A DNA stretch of 64,000 nt from NCBI GenBank assembly GCA_963750165.1, contig CAVVPN010000004.1, positions 1,276,910-1,340,909 on the forward strand, in the 5' to 3' direction. The notes below the pieces were generated by a model. That model did not search any database, was not told where the DNA came from, and worked only from the letters and a program-made list of their open reading frames with translations. This document shows positions 40,671 to 50,940 of this stretch, piece by piece. Source of the DNA: an uncultured Gemmataceae bacterium. GTDB lineage: Bacteria > Planctomycetota > Planctomycetia > Gemmatales > Gemmataceae. Made by a program: the position numbers and the translations under genes. Positions within the stretch are counted from its first letter, which is position 1. The number at the start of each line of letters is the position of its first letter.

Positions 40671-43241
40671 ATGGAGCTGTTCCAGCAGCAACCCGGTCTG
40701 CTCTACGTGGTGGCCACCCTGCTGCCGCTCGCGTCCTTCGTGCTGCTGTTGCTCGTCGGCGGCGTCAAGAACTTCGTGCGCAAGAGCCCCGAGGGCTCGA
40801 CCGGCCACGCCGTCTACCAGGCTCTCGACGGCGACCGGCCGACACGCGCCGCCGCCTACGTCGCCACTGGCGCCATCTTCCTGTCGTTCCTGCTGTGCCT
40901 GGCCGGTTTCATCCTCTACGTGACCGGCCACGAGGAATACCATAATCAGCACCACAAGCTGGAGCACGAGGTCCACGAGGCGCACGACGCGATCTATCAC
41001 GCCGAAAACCGCAAGGAGAAGATCAAGGAGTGGGAGCAGGCGAAGGCGGCGCTGGAAAAGCACGAGTCGCAGTGGGCCGGCCAGGTCGCCTGGGCGGGCG
41101 TCGGCGTCCGCGACAACGAGGCACGCCAGGCCACGCTGCTGTCCGTCGGCTTCTACATCGACAGCCTGTCCGCCGCCATGTTCCTGATGGTGACCTTCGT
41201 CGCCACGCTCATCCACCTGTTCTCCATCGGCTACATGAGCGACGAGCTGGAAGCGGAGGTCGCCGATCACAACGTCCACGTCGGTCACGGCCATTTGCAC
41301 CGCCGCGGCCGCTTCGGGCGGTTTTTCCTGTTCCTGTCGCTGTTCTGCTTCTCGATGCTCAACCTGTTGCTGGCGGACAACCTGTTCCAGGTGTTCGTCA
41401 GCTGGGAGCTGGTGGGCGTCTGCTCGTATCTGCTGATCGGCTACTACTTCGAGCGCCAGAGCGCCTCGAACGCGGCGAACAAGGCGTTCATCACCAACCG
41501 CGTCGGCGACGCCGGCTTCATCATTGGCCTGCTCATCCTGTGGACGATGGTCGGCACGCTCAACTTCCAGGAAATCTTCCAGCAAATCCGTGCGCCGGAG
41601 ACGTCGCACGGCAAGCAGATGGATCTGAGCGGCCAGATCGTGCGGGCCGAGCCGACGGCCAACGACCCGACCGGCCACAGCTTCACCGTCACGAAGCCGG
41701 GTGAGGGCAGTGAGGTGGTGCTGTTCCCGCTGGAGCTGCGGCACTTCGAGGGCGTGAAGGTGGGCGACACCGTGACCACCGTCGCCGACCTGAGCAAACA
41801 CACCGCGGACGAGACACCGTACCGCACCATGCCGTACTGGATGCTGGTCGCGGCCGGGCTGGGCATCTTCCTCGGCTGCGTCGGCAAGTCGGCGCAGTTC
41901 CCGCTGCACGTCTGGCTGCCCGACGCGATGGAGGGCCCGACACCCGTGAGCGCCCTCATCCACGCGGCGACGATGGTGGCGGCCGGCGTTTACCTGGTCG
42001 GCCGCGTCTTCCCGATGTTCACGCCGGAGGCGCTGCTGGTCATCGCCTACACCGGGGCGGTGACGCTGTTCGTGGCCGCGACCATCGCCATCGTCATGAC
42101 CGACATCAAAAAGGTACTGGCGTATTCCACGGTCAGTCAGCTCGGCTACATGATGCTCGGCCTCGGTGTCGGCGGCTGGGCGGCGGGCCTGTTCCACCTG
42201 CTGACGCACGCCTTCTTCAAGGCCCTGCTGTTCCTCGGCTCCGGCTCGGTGATCTACGGCTGCCATCACGTGCAGGAAATCACCGAGATGGGCGGCCTGT
42301 ACCGCAAGATGCGCATCACGGCGCTGTCGATGCTGATGGGGGTGCTGGCCATCGCCGGCACGCCGCTGTTCAGCGGTTGGTACAGCAAGGACGCCATTCT
42401 GGCGCAGGCACTCGGCTTCAGCCTGGTGAACCGCGAGCATTTCCTGCTGTTCCTGCTGCCGCTCATCACCGCCGGCACCACGACGTTTTACATGTTCCGC
42501 ATGTGGTTCCTGACCTTTGCGGGCAAGCCGCGCAACCAGGAGGTCCACGACCACGCCCACGAGTCGCCGTGGATGATGACGCTGCCGCTGGTGCTGCTGG
42601 CGATCCTGAGCGTGTGTGTCGCCTGGGGTGCGCCGCCCTGGAACCCCGAGGCGAGCTTCCTGGAGAAGGGTGTGCTGCACCACTCGCAGCCGAAGTCGGT
42701 GGAGGCCGATTTCGGTCTGGAGGAAGCGCACCGCACGGTGAACGGACAGGCTCACGAGAACCACGCACTGGCGGGTTATCTGGCGCTGGTGATGGTGGTG
42801 ATCGGTTTCGTTTTCGCGGCGCTGCTGTACGTCTACGGCGCGCTGGACCCGGAGGAGGCGCGCAACCAGTTCCCGAGCGTGTACCGCTTCCTGGCGCACA
42901 AGTGGTATTTCGACGAACTCTACAGCGCCATCCTGGTGCGGCCAGCGGTCGCGGTGGCGCACTGGTGCCGGCTGTTCGACACGAAGGTGATCGACGGTGT
43001 GGTGGACGGCTCGGCGAAGGTGACGGTGGAGGTGTCGCACGGCAGCGGCCTGTTCGACAAGGGCGTCGTGGACGGGCTGGTGAACCTGACGGCGACCGTG
43101 TTCTTCCGCACCGGTATGTGGCTGCGCAACGTGCAGACCGGGTCGTTACGCAATTACGTGTTGTTCCTGGTGCTCGCGGCGGTGGGCATCTGGCTGTTGC
43201 TGACCGCCTTGTTGAGTCCGCCGCCAGCGGCCGGACATTAA
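40671..43241 (+). CDS. nuoL: NADH-quinone oxidoreductase subunit L
   Basis: WELVGVCSYLLIG, NRVGD, GKSAQFPLHVWLPDAMEGPTPVSALIHAATMV, THAFFKALLFL. Confidence 0.95.
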   Translation: MELFQQQPGLLYVVATLLPLASFVLLLLVGGVKNFVRKSPEGSTGHAVYQALDGDRPTRAAAYVATGAIFLSFLLCLAGFILYVTGHEEYHNQHHKLEHEVHEAHDAIYHAENRKEKIKEWEQAKAALEKHESQWAGQVAWAGVGVRDNEARQATLLSVGFYIDSLSAAMFLMVTFVATLIHLFSIGYMSDELEAEVADHNVHVGHGHLHRRGRFGRFFLFLSLFCFSMLNLLLADNLFQVFVSWELVGVCSYLLIGYYFERQSASNAANKAFITNRVGDAGFIIGLLILWTMVGTLNFQEIFQQIRAPETSHGKQMDLSGQIVRAEPTANDPTGHSFTVTKPGEGSEVVLFPLELRHFEGVKVGDTVTTVADLSKHTADETPYRTMPYWMLVAAGLGIFLGCVGKSAQFPLHVWLPDAMEGPTPVSALIHAATMVAAGVYLVGRVFPMFTPEALLVIAYTGAVTLFVAATIAIVMTDIKKVLAYSTVSQLGYMMLGLGVGGWAAGLFHLLTHAFFKALLFLGSGSVIYGCHHVQEITEMGGLYRKMRITALSMLMGVLAIAGTPLFSGWYSKDAILAQALGFSLVNREHFLLFLLPLITAGTTTFYMFRMWFLTFAGKPRNQEVHDHAHESPWMMTLPLVLLAILSVCVAWGAPPWNPEASFLEKGVLHHSQPKSVEADFGLEEAHRTVNGQAHENHALAGYLALVMVVIGFVFAALLYVYGALDPEEARNQFPSVYRFLAHKWYFDELYSAILVRPAVAVAHWCRLFDTKVIDGVVDGSAKVTVEVSHGSGLFDKGVVDGLVNLTATVFFRTGMWLRNVQTGSLRNYVLFLVLAAVGIWLLLTALLSPPPAAGH

Positions 43242-43245
43242 TCAG

Positions 43246-43313
43246 AGTGGTCAGTGTTCAGTGTTCAGTGAAAAAGAGGTCCCGTTTTCACTGAACACTG
43301 AACACTGACCACT
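43246..43313. repeat. Inverted array of 7-bp units (CAGTGTT / AACACTG)
   Basis: agtggtcagtgttcagtgttcagtgaaaa...ttttcactgaacactgaacactgaccact. Confidence 0.8.
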
Positions 43314-43325
43314 AACAGGTGAAGC

Positions 43326-45386
43326 ATGGTTCCCCCCGATCTGATCCTGATGTCGCTGGTGATTTTCCTGCCGAGCATCTTCGCGCTGTGCCTGCTGTTC
43401 TTCCCGCGCGGCAGCGACGAGTACATGCGCTGGTGGTCGCTGCTGGGCTGCACCGCGACGCTGGTGGTCAGCATCTGGCTGTTCATCGACTTCGAGCGGC
43501 TGCTGGACTTCCACCAGGCCCGGCCCGCCGACTCACTGCTGAGCAAGCGCGCCGAGACGGACCTGAAAAAACACAACACGGCCAACCCGCCCGACGGCAA
43601 CGACCTCGTGGCCCGCTACCCGTGGATCTCGCGCTTCAACATTGATTACTTCCTGGGCATCGACGGCATTAGCATGCCGCTTATCCTGATGACCACCGCC
43701 CTGTGCTTCCTGGCGATGATCGCCAGCTGGAACATCACCCGCCATGTGCGCGGCTACTGCGCGCTGTTCCTGCTGCTGGAAACGGGCATGATCGGCACGT
43801 TTTTGGCGTTGGACTTCTTCCTGTTCTACATCTTCTGGGAAGTGATGCTGCTGCCGATGTACTTTCTCATCGGCGTCTGGGGCGGGCCGCGCCGCGAGTA
43901 CGCGGCCATCAAGTTCTTCCTGTACACGCTGCTCGGCTCGGTGTTCATCCTGATCGCGCTGCTGGCGTTCTACTTCACGGACGTGCGCGACTTCATGCCG
44001 GCCCGGGCCGGCGAGGCGGAGCAGGCCCGCAGCAAGGAGGTCAACACCTTCGACCTGACGGTGCTGAACGAGGTCGGCAAGACCGCCATGCAGTACCTGA
44101 ACGCGCCGAAGGCGCTGGAGCGGCACTGGCGGAAGGTGTTGCAGGACGAGGAGCCGGGCCTGAACGAGAACCTGGCCAGCAAGGACGCCGCCCGCGTGGA
44201 GCAGGCGAAGGCGCGGCTAAAATACCTCCGCGCCCTGGCCGACACCCCAACCTGGAGCGGTCAGGTCAAGCTCATCCGCGCGCAACTGAAGAAGGCTCAG
44301 GCTGCGGGCGACAAGAAACAGCGGGTGGAGTTGCAGAAGGACCTCACCCGCGTCTACGAGCCGGTGAAGAACCCCGGACTGATCGAGGCCCGCGAGGCGC
44401 TGCGGCTGGCCGAGAACCGCGGCAACACCGACGACATCAGCCGCGCCGAGGAACGCTTGCAACAGGCCGAGGACCGGCTGGAGAATCAGTCGTTCTTCAC
44501 GCCGGGTTTCCAGTACACGATGTTCCTGCTGCTGTTCATCGGTTTCGCCATCAAGGTGCCGGTGTTTCCGTTCCACACCTGGCTGCCGGACGCCCACGTC
44601 GAGGCGCCGACGCCCATCAGCATGATCCTGGCCGGCGTGCTGCTCAAGCTTGGCGGCTACGGCATCCTGCGCATCGCCTACCCCATCTGCCCCTGGGCGG
44701 CCGAGGCCCTGGCGTGGTACGTCGCGCTGTTCGGCATCATCAACATCGTCTACGGCGCCTTCGCGGCGATGGCCCAGACGGACTTCAAGAAGCTGGTGGC
44801 GTACAGTTCGGTCAGCCACATGGGCTACGTCATTCTGGGCATCGCGGTGTGGTCGGCGTCGGATCGCTCGCAATACTGGTCGTGGGGCATGAACGGGGCC
44901 ATGTTCCAGATGATCGCCCATGGCATCACGTCGGCCGGCATGTTCTTCTGCGTCGGCGTCATTTACGACCGGGCGCACCATCGCAACCTGAACAACTTCC
45001 GCGGCCTGTTCGAGCCGATGCCGCTGTACGGCGGCATCAGTTCCATCATTTTCTTCGCGGCGCTGGGGCTGCCGGGCATGTGCGGCTTCGTTGGCGAGTT
45101 CATGGTGGTGCTGGCGACCTGGAACTATGACAAGGTGTTCGCCGTGCTGGCGGCGCTGACGGTGGTGATTACCGCCGCGTACATCCTGTGGACGATGCAG
45201 CGTGTCTACCTGGGCGTCAACCCGGCGTACAAGGACTACCCAGACATCACGCTGCGCGAACTGTTGTGTGCGGTACCGCTGGTGATCTTCGCGGTGCTGC
45301 TGGGCGTGCTGCCGATGCTGCTGCTGAATTTCATGGAGCCGCACGTGACCGCCCTGGTCGAGTCGCTGGCGCAACTGCCGCGCTGA
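43326..45386 (+). CDS. nuoM: NADH-quinone oxidoreductase subunit M with large internal insertion
   Basis: GIDGIS, FWEVMLLPMYFLI, KVPVFPFHTWLPDAHVEAP, YSSVSHMG. Confidence 0.95.
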   Translation: MVPPDLILMSLVIFLPSIFALCLLFFPRGSDEYMRWWSLLGCTATLVVSIWLFIDFERLLDFHQARPADSLLSKRAETDLKKHNTANPPDGNDLVARYPWISRFNIDYFLGIDGISMPLILMTTALCFLAMIASWNITRHVRGYCALFLLLETGMIGTFLALDFFLFYIFWEVMLLPMYFLIGVWGGPRREYAAIKFFLYTLLGSVFILIALLAFYFTDVRDFMPARAGEAEQARSKEVNTFDLTVLNEVGKTAMQYLNAPKALERHWRKVLQDEEPGLNENLASKDAARVEQAKARLKYLRALADTPTWSGQVKLIRAQLKKAQAAGDKKQRVELQKDLTRVYEPVKNPGLIEAREALRLAENRGNTDDISRAEERLQQAEDRLENQSFFTPGFQYTMFLLLFIGFAIKVPVFPFHTWLPDAHVEAPTPISMILAGVLLKLGGYGILRIAYPICPWAAEALAWYVALFGIINIVYGAFAAMAQTDFKKLVAYSSVSHMGYVILGIAVWSASDRSQYWSWGMNGAMFQMIAHGITSAGMFFCVGVIYDRAHHRNLNNFRGLFEPMPLYGGISSIIFFAALGLPGMCGFVGEFMVVLATWNYDKVFAVLAALTVVITAAYILWTMQRVYLGVNPAYKDYPDITLRELLCAVPLVIFAVLLGVLPMLLLNFMEPHVTALVESLAQLPR

Positions 45387-45439
45387 CGCCAGGTGCCGAC
45401 GGCGGGTTCGTACCAGGTTGCGAGTATTGTTGTTCCGAT

Positions 45440-45790
45440 GTCTTTGCCCCGAAGGGGCCGAACAACTTAGTGGTCCGTACCGCAATTAACTGGAGGGTTG
45501 GGGGTGACGGCATGGGACCGTAGGACGGCTCTCCAGAGCCGTCCCGCTCACCCCGGGACGGCTCTGGAGAGCCGTCCTACGAACGATCCCGCAACCCTCC
45601 AGTTAATTGCGGTACGAACCACTTAGCCCAGGGCAACGCCCTGGGAACCGGAGAGGAATCAACATCCGTTCTTCCGTGCCCTGAAGGGGCACCACAGCAC
45701 CGATTGTGGTGCCCCTTCAGGGCACGGAAGACAAGCCGTCCCCAGGGCGTTGCCCTGGGCTAAGTTGTTCGGCCCCTTCGGGGCGAAGAC
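45440..45790. mobile_element. Three-layer nested element: outer palindrome > 151-bp MITE (45471-45621) > REP doublet (45519-45581)
   Basis: 30-bp TIR with one mismatch; CTTAG duplicated at 45466-70 and 45622-26; excision restores the outer arm. Confidence 0.85.
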
Positions 45791-45888
45791 CCCAGGCGCC
45801 GAGCTATTTCCCCTGGCGTTGGCGTCCTCGCTACGCCGCAAGCGGCAGAGAAGAAGATGGGCAGCGCCGGCAGTGAGGTTCCGCTTTC

Positions 45889-47550
45889 ATGACACAAACC
45901 GTCATCACCCAGCTGCAACACGACCTGGCACGCGACGCTGTGGCGTTCCTGCCGGAGCTGATCCTGTGCGGCACCATCGTGCTGTTGCTGCTCGTGCGGC
46001 TGTTCAAGACCTTCGACCGCAGTCACCTCGGCTACATGGCCCTGGTGTTCACGGCCTCCGCTCTGGTGGTTAGCTGGTTGCAGTGGCAGGGCGACGAGTT
46101 TTACGACCCGCGTGTGCTGCACGGCACCAGTTCGCTGCAACTGTTCAGCGGCATGCTCGTCTACGACAACTTCACGATCTTCCTGCGGCTGTTCCTGCTC
46201 GGCTTCACGGTCTTGACCATCTGGCTGACGCTGCTGACCGGCATCCCCGACACGGAAGACTCCGCGGACTTTTACGTGCTGCTGCTCGGGGCAGTGCTCG
46301 GCATGTCCATCATGGCGTCATCGAACCATTTGATGATGGTGTTCATCGGCGTCGAGATGGCGTCGTTACCGAGCTACGCGCTGGCGGGCTTTTTGAAGGG
46401 TCGGCGGCAGAGCAGCGAGGCGTCGCTGAAGTACGTGGTCTACGGCGGCGGTGCTGCGGGCGTGATGCTCTACGGCATCAGCCTGATCGCGGGCAAGTTT
46501 GGCACCGGTTACCTGCCGGACGTGGCCGCGGCGCTGGTCGCGGGGCCGGTGGACACGCTGCTGCTGCTCGGCTGTTTGTTCCTGCTGGTCGGCGTGGCGT
46601 TCAAGCTGGCGGCGGTGCCGTTCCACTTCTGGTGCCCCGACGTGTTTGAGGGCGCCGCCGCAGAGGTCGCGGGCTTTTTGTCCGTCGCCTCCAAGGGCGC
46701 GGCGCTGGCGCTGCTGGGCCGGCTGGTCCTGACCGCGGCCGGGCCGGTGACGCTGGACAGTACCGTATCAATGCCCGCCCGCTGGTTGGACTGGGACAGG
46801 GTGGCGCCGGTCCTGGTGCCGGCGCTGGCGCTGGGCGCGGCGGGGACGGCCACCTTCGGCAACCTGGCGGCCTACGCGCAGACGAACCTCAAGCGCCTGC
46901 TGGCGTACTCGACCATCGCCCACGCCGGCTACATGATGATGGGCTTCGTGCCGCTCAATGTGGAAGGGGCCGGCGCCGTGCTGTTCTACCTGGTGGCGTA
47001 CCTGTTCATGAATCTGGGCGCGTTCGCCATCGTGGCGTTCCTGCGCAACCAGACCGGCTCGGAAGACCTGGCCGACTTCCGCGGCCTGGTGCAGCGCTCG
47101 CCGCTGCTGGTCATCATGTTGAGCGTCTGCCTGCTGAGTCTGCTGGGTCTGCCGCCGTTGGTAGGCTTCGCCGCCAAGTTCCAGATTTTCAGCGTGCTGT
47201 ACGAGTCCGCCCAGGCTTACGGCAAACAGGGGCAGACGAACCTGAGCGTGACGCTGTACGGGTTGCTGGTAATTGGCGGCCTGAACACGGTGCTGAGCCT
47301 GCTGTATTACGCCAAGGTGCTCAAGGTGATGATCCTGGAAAAGCCGCTGGAGGAGGTTGAGGGCCGGCCGGTGGAGCAGTTGCGGCTGCCGTGGCAGGTC
47401 GGCCTGTACGCGACAGTGATGGCGGTGGCGGTGCTGGCGCTGGGCGTCTTCTGGGGGCCGCTGGACGCCGCCAGCCGCATCAGGGGTGTTGAGCAGTTCC
47501 GGCCGGCCGCGGCGCCGGCCGCCCAGGTGACGGCGCAGGTGGACCGATGA
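45889..47550 (+). CDS. nuoN: NADH-quinone oxidoreductase subunit N
   Basis: SSEASLKY, FKLAAVPFHFWCPDVFEGA, KRLLAYSTIAHAGY. Confidence 0.95.
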   Translation: MTQTVITQLQHDLARDAVAFLPELILCGTIVLLLLVRLFKTFDRSHLGYMALVFTASALVVSWLQWQGDEFYDPRVLHGTSSLQLFSGMLVYDNFTIFLRLFLLGFTVLTIWLTLLTGIPDTEDSADFYVLLLGAVLGMSIMASSNHLMMVFIGVEMASLPSYALAGFLKGRRQSSEASLKYVVYGGGAAGVMLYGISLIAGKFGTGYLPDVAAALVAGPVDTLLLLGCLFLLVGVAFKLAAVPFHFWCPDVFEGAAAEVAGFLSVASKGAALALLGRLVLTAAGPVTLDSTVSMPARWLDWDRVAPVLVPALALGAAGTATFGNLAAYAQTNLKRLLAYSTIAHAGYMMMGFVPLNVEGAGAVLFYLVAYLFMNLGAFAIVAFLRNQTGSEDLADFRGLVQRSPLLVIMLSVCLLSLLGLPPLVGFAAKFQIFSVLYESAQAYGKQGQTNLSVTLYGLLVIGGLNTVLSLLYYAKVLKVMILEKPLEEVEGRPVEQLRLPWQVGLYATVMAVAVLALGVFWGPLDAASRIRGVEQFRPAAAPAAQVTAQVDR

Positions 47551-47573
47551 GCGTGTGAAGGGGGCCCTTCGTG

Positions 47574-48023
47574 ATGGACGTACCGACCAGCGGCCGGCTG
47601 CAAACCCTCATCCGTCGGGAGGGCCGGTCGCTGCTACAATACGCCAGTGAGTCGTTCCCCTGGGGCACCTCCCGGGACAGCGCCGCGATCGCGCAACTGC
47701 TGGACATGGCACGGGTGGAGAACGCGCGTGTCACGGCGCTGGCGAAACAGCTCATCAAGCAGCGGGTGACGCCGCCGTACCTCGGCGCCTATCCGATGTA
47801 CTTCACGACCATGAACTTCCTGGCCCTGGACCGCCTGCTGCCGCTGCTGATCGAGCACCAGCAGGCCGACATCGCCCGGATCGAGGAGGATTTGAAGCAC
47901 ATCCAGGACGTGACCTTTCGGCCTGCCGTCCAGCAGATGTTGGAACTGAAGCGTCAGCACCTGAAACAGCTCGAAGCGCTGCGGCCGGCCAAACCGTCCA
48001 CGGAACCCGCGCCCGCCGGGTGA
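47574..48023 (+). CDS. Hypothetical protein (helical, possibly ferritin-like)
   Basis: Amphipathic helical sequence directly after nuoN. Confidence 0.6.
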   Translation: MDVPTSGRLQTLIRREGRSLLQYASESFPWGTSRDSAAIAQLLDMARVENARVTALAKQLIKQRVTPPYLGAYPMYFTTMNFLALDRLLPLLIEHQQADIARIEEDLKHIQDVTFRPAVQQMLELKRQHLKQLEALRPAKPSTEPAPAG

Positions 48024-48151
48024 GCCGCGAGGGCCGGTAAGGGCGCAAATTCTCGACATATGAAAACGTTGGCCCCCTTGGCCTCCTTGGCCCCCTTGCT
48101 GTGGCAACCCACGCCATCCGGCGCCCCGTCACGCCAGCCCCCGAGGTTCCC

Positions 48152-48943
48152 GTGCCCCCCGAACTGATCGACACGCACGCCCACCTGGACGACCCGCAGT
48201 TCGCCGCGGACCTGCCGGCCGTGGTCGAGCGCGCCGCCGCCGCTGGGGTGGGGAGCGTCGTCACGGTCGCCACCGGCGCCGCCTCCAGCGCCGCCGCCGT
48301 CGCCCTGGCCGCCCGCTTCGGCCTGGCCGCCACGGTTGGCATCCACCCCAACCACGCCGCCCAGGAGCCGTCCGACGCCTGGGACCAGGTGCTCCGACTG
48401 GTCGAAAGTCCGCGTGTTGTGGCCGTCGGCGAAACCGGCCTGGACCGGCACTGGGACTACACGCCGTTCGCGCTGCAGCAGGAGTTTTTCGCCCGCCACC
48501 TGGAGCTGGGCCGCCGCCGCAACCTCGCCGTGGTCATCCACTGCCGCGAGGCCGACGCCGACGTGCGGACCATGCTCCGCGAGCACTTCGACCGCCACGG
48601 CCCCATCCGCGGTGTGCTGCACTCCTTCTGCGGCGACGCCGACATGGCCGCCGACTGCCTGGCGATGGGCCTGCTCCTGTCGTTCGCCGGCATGCTCACC
48701 TACAAGAACGCCGACGCCCTCCGCGCCGTCGCCGCCGTGCAGCCGCTCGACCGTTTGCTGGTCGAGACGGACAGTCCCTATCTTGCCCCGATGCCGGTGC
48801 GCGGCAAGCGCAACGAGCCGGCGAACGTCGTCCACACGGCGGCGTGTCTGGCGCAGGCGCTGGGGGTGTCGCCGGCGGTGGTGGCGGAGCAGACGACGCG
48901 CAACGCGCGGATGCTGTTCGGGCTGCCGGATGTCGAAAAGTGA
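48152..48943 (+). CDS. tatD: TatD family DNase
   Basis: IDTHAHL, GIHP, GETGLD, IHCREA, LHSF, ETDSPYLAP. Confidence 0.93.
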   Translation: MPPELIDTHAHLDDPQFAADLPAVVERAAAAGVGSVVTVATGAASSAAAVALAARFGLAATVGIHPNHAAQEPSDAWDQVLRLVESPRVVAVGETGLDRHWDYTPFALQQEFFARHLELGRRRNLAVVIHCREADADVRTMLREHFDRHGPIRGVLHSFCGDADMAADCLAMGLLLSFAGMLTYKNADALRAVAAVQPLDRLLVETDSPYLAPMPVRGKRNEPANVVHTAACLAQALGVSPAVVAEQTTRNARMLFGLPDVEK

Positions 48944-49042
48944 TTCACCACAGAGAACGCGGAGAACGCAGAGAAAAGACAAAGAAATGGATAAACAATT
49001 CTTTGTCTTTTCTCTGCGTTCTCCGCGTTCTCTGTGGTGAAT
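48943..49042. repeat. ACCACAGAG-type long palindrome
   Basis: attcaccacagagaacgcggagaacgcagagaaaagacaaagaa...ttctttgtcttttctctgcgttctccgcgttctctgtggtgaat. Confidence 0.85.
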
Positions 49043-49112
49043 TCCTTTGCACTTACCTCCGTCGTCCCTATCATCTTTTACGTCGCAACGTTTGGGACGA
49101 GGGAGGTGGACC

Positions 49113-50938
49113 GTGGGTCTGATCGTGCAAAAGTTCGGCGGCAGCAGCGTGGCGGACGCGGAGCGCGTCAAGCGGGCGGCCCGCCGTGCGATCCGCGCCT
49201 GTCAGGCCGGCAACCAGGTCATCGTCGTCGTCAGCGCCCGCGGCGACACCACCGACGAACTCATCGAACTGGCCCACGAGATCACCGACAAGCCGCCGGC
49301 GCGCGAAATGGACATGCTGCTGTCCACCGGCGAGCAAATCTCCATCGCGCTGATGGCGATGGCGATTGAATCGCTGGGCCACCGCGCCATCAGCTTCACC
49401 GGGGCGCAAATCGGCATCGTCACCGATAGCTACCACACCAAGGCGCGCATCAAGAACATATCCACCGCGCGCATCCGCCAGGCGCTGGAGGACGGCTACG
49501 TCGTGATCGTGGCCGGCTTCCAGGGCGTGGACGAGGCGTACAACATCACGACGCTGGGCCGCGGCGGCTCGGACACGACGGCGGTGGCGCTGGCGGCGGT
49601 GATGAAGCACGACCCGGCCGGCCCCGTGCAAGATGTCGGCTGCGAAATCTACACCGACGTGGACGGCGTTTACACCACCGACCCGCGCATCGTGCCGGAG
49701 GCGCGCAAGATCGACGCCATCAGCTACGACGAGATGTTGGAGTTGGCGTCGGTGGGGGCGGGCGTGATGCACTCGCGGAGCATCGAGTTCGCCAAGAAAT
49801 TCGAGACGCCGTTGATGGTGCGCTCGTCGTTCACGGACGCGGAGGGGACGTGGATTGTGCCGGAAGCACCGTGGATGCGCGAGGTGGTGGTGTGCGGCGC
49901 CGCGATGGTCAAGGACGAGGCCCGGATCAACCTGGCGGGGGTGCCGGACCAACCGGGCGTCAGCCATCGGGTGTTCGCGGCCATCGCGGAGCAGAACATC
50001 GTCGTGGACATGATCGCGCAGAACGTCGGCGAGGACGGCAAGGCGACGATCGGCTTCACGGTGCTGCGCAATGAACTGCCGGCAACGCTGGCGGTGCTGC
50101 GGCCGCTGGCGGACCAGCTGGGCGCAACGCTGGAGCACGAGGAGGACGTGAGCAAGGTGTCGATTGTGGGCACGGGCATGCGGACGCACGCGGGCGTGGC
50201 GGAGCGGATGTTCGCGGCGCTGGCGGCGGCGGCCGTGAACCTGAAAATGATCACGACCGGCGACATCAAGATTTCGGTGCTGGTGGCCAAGGCGGACGGC
50301 ACGAAGGCGCTGCGGGCGGTGCATCAGGCGTTCGAGCTGCACGTGCCGCACCCGGGGTCGGGGCAGACAGAGCCGGTGGCGGTGAGCGGTTTTCGACGGC
50401 GGCCGGGCGCCCTGCTGGACGAGGGCGGCCGCGACCTGGCGAGCCTGACGCAGCGGCTGACGAGCATGGAAGACATCGTGGTCAGCGACGTGCTGCTGCT
50501 GACGGACTGGGGGCGGATTTCGATTTTTGACCTGCCGGACCAGGCGGGCGTCTGTTCGCGGGTGTTCCAGGCGGTGGCGGGCGGCGGCATCGTGGTGGAC
50601 ATGATCGTGCAGAACCTGTCAGCGGGGCAGGGGCAGCTGTCGTTCAGCGTACCGCAGGCCGACCTGGCGCGGGCGCGGCAGTTGACGGAGGAAGTGGTGC
50701 GGTCGATCAGCCCGGCGGCGCGGGTGGTGTCGGAGGGCGCGATCGCGAAGCTGATCGTGCTGGGCGTGGGCATGCGAACGCACACGGGCGTGGCCCGGCG
50801 GATGTTCGGGCGCTGGCGGAGCGCGGCATCAACATCAGCATGATTAACACGAGCGAGGTGCGCGTGAGCGTGGTGGTGGAGCGGCCGCGCGGGGAGGAGG
50901 CGCTGGCGTGCCTGAAGGCGGTGTTCAACGTGCCGTGA
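49113..50938 (+). CDS. lysC: Aspartate kinase with four ACT domains; frameshift near 50810
   Basis: VQKFGGSSV, TTLGRGGSDTTA, YTDVDGVYTTDP; two ACT pairs. Confidence 0.93.
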
Positions 50939-50940
50939 GG

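Noticed and set aside
40263..43040. Long antisense ORFs (925 aa here; also 58192-60621 and 16069-17592)
   Set aside because: Shadow ORFs of high-GC codon usage opposite well-supported genes.
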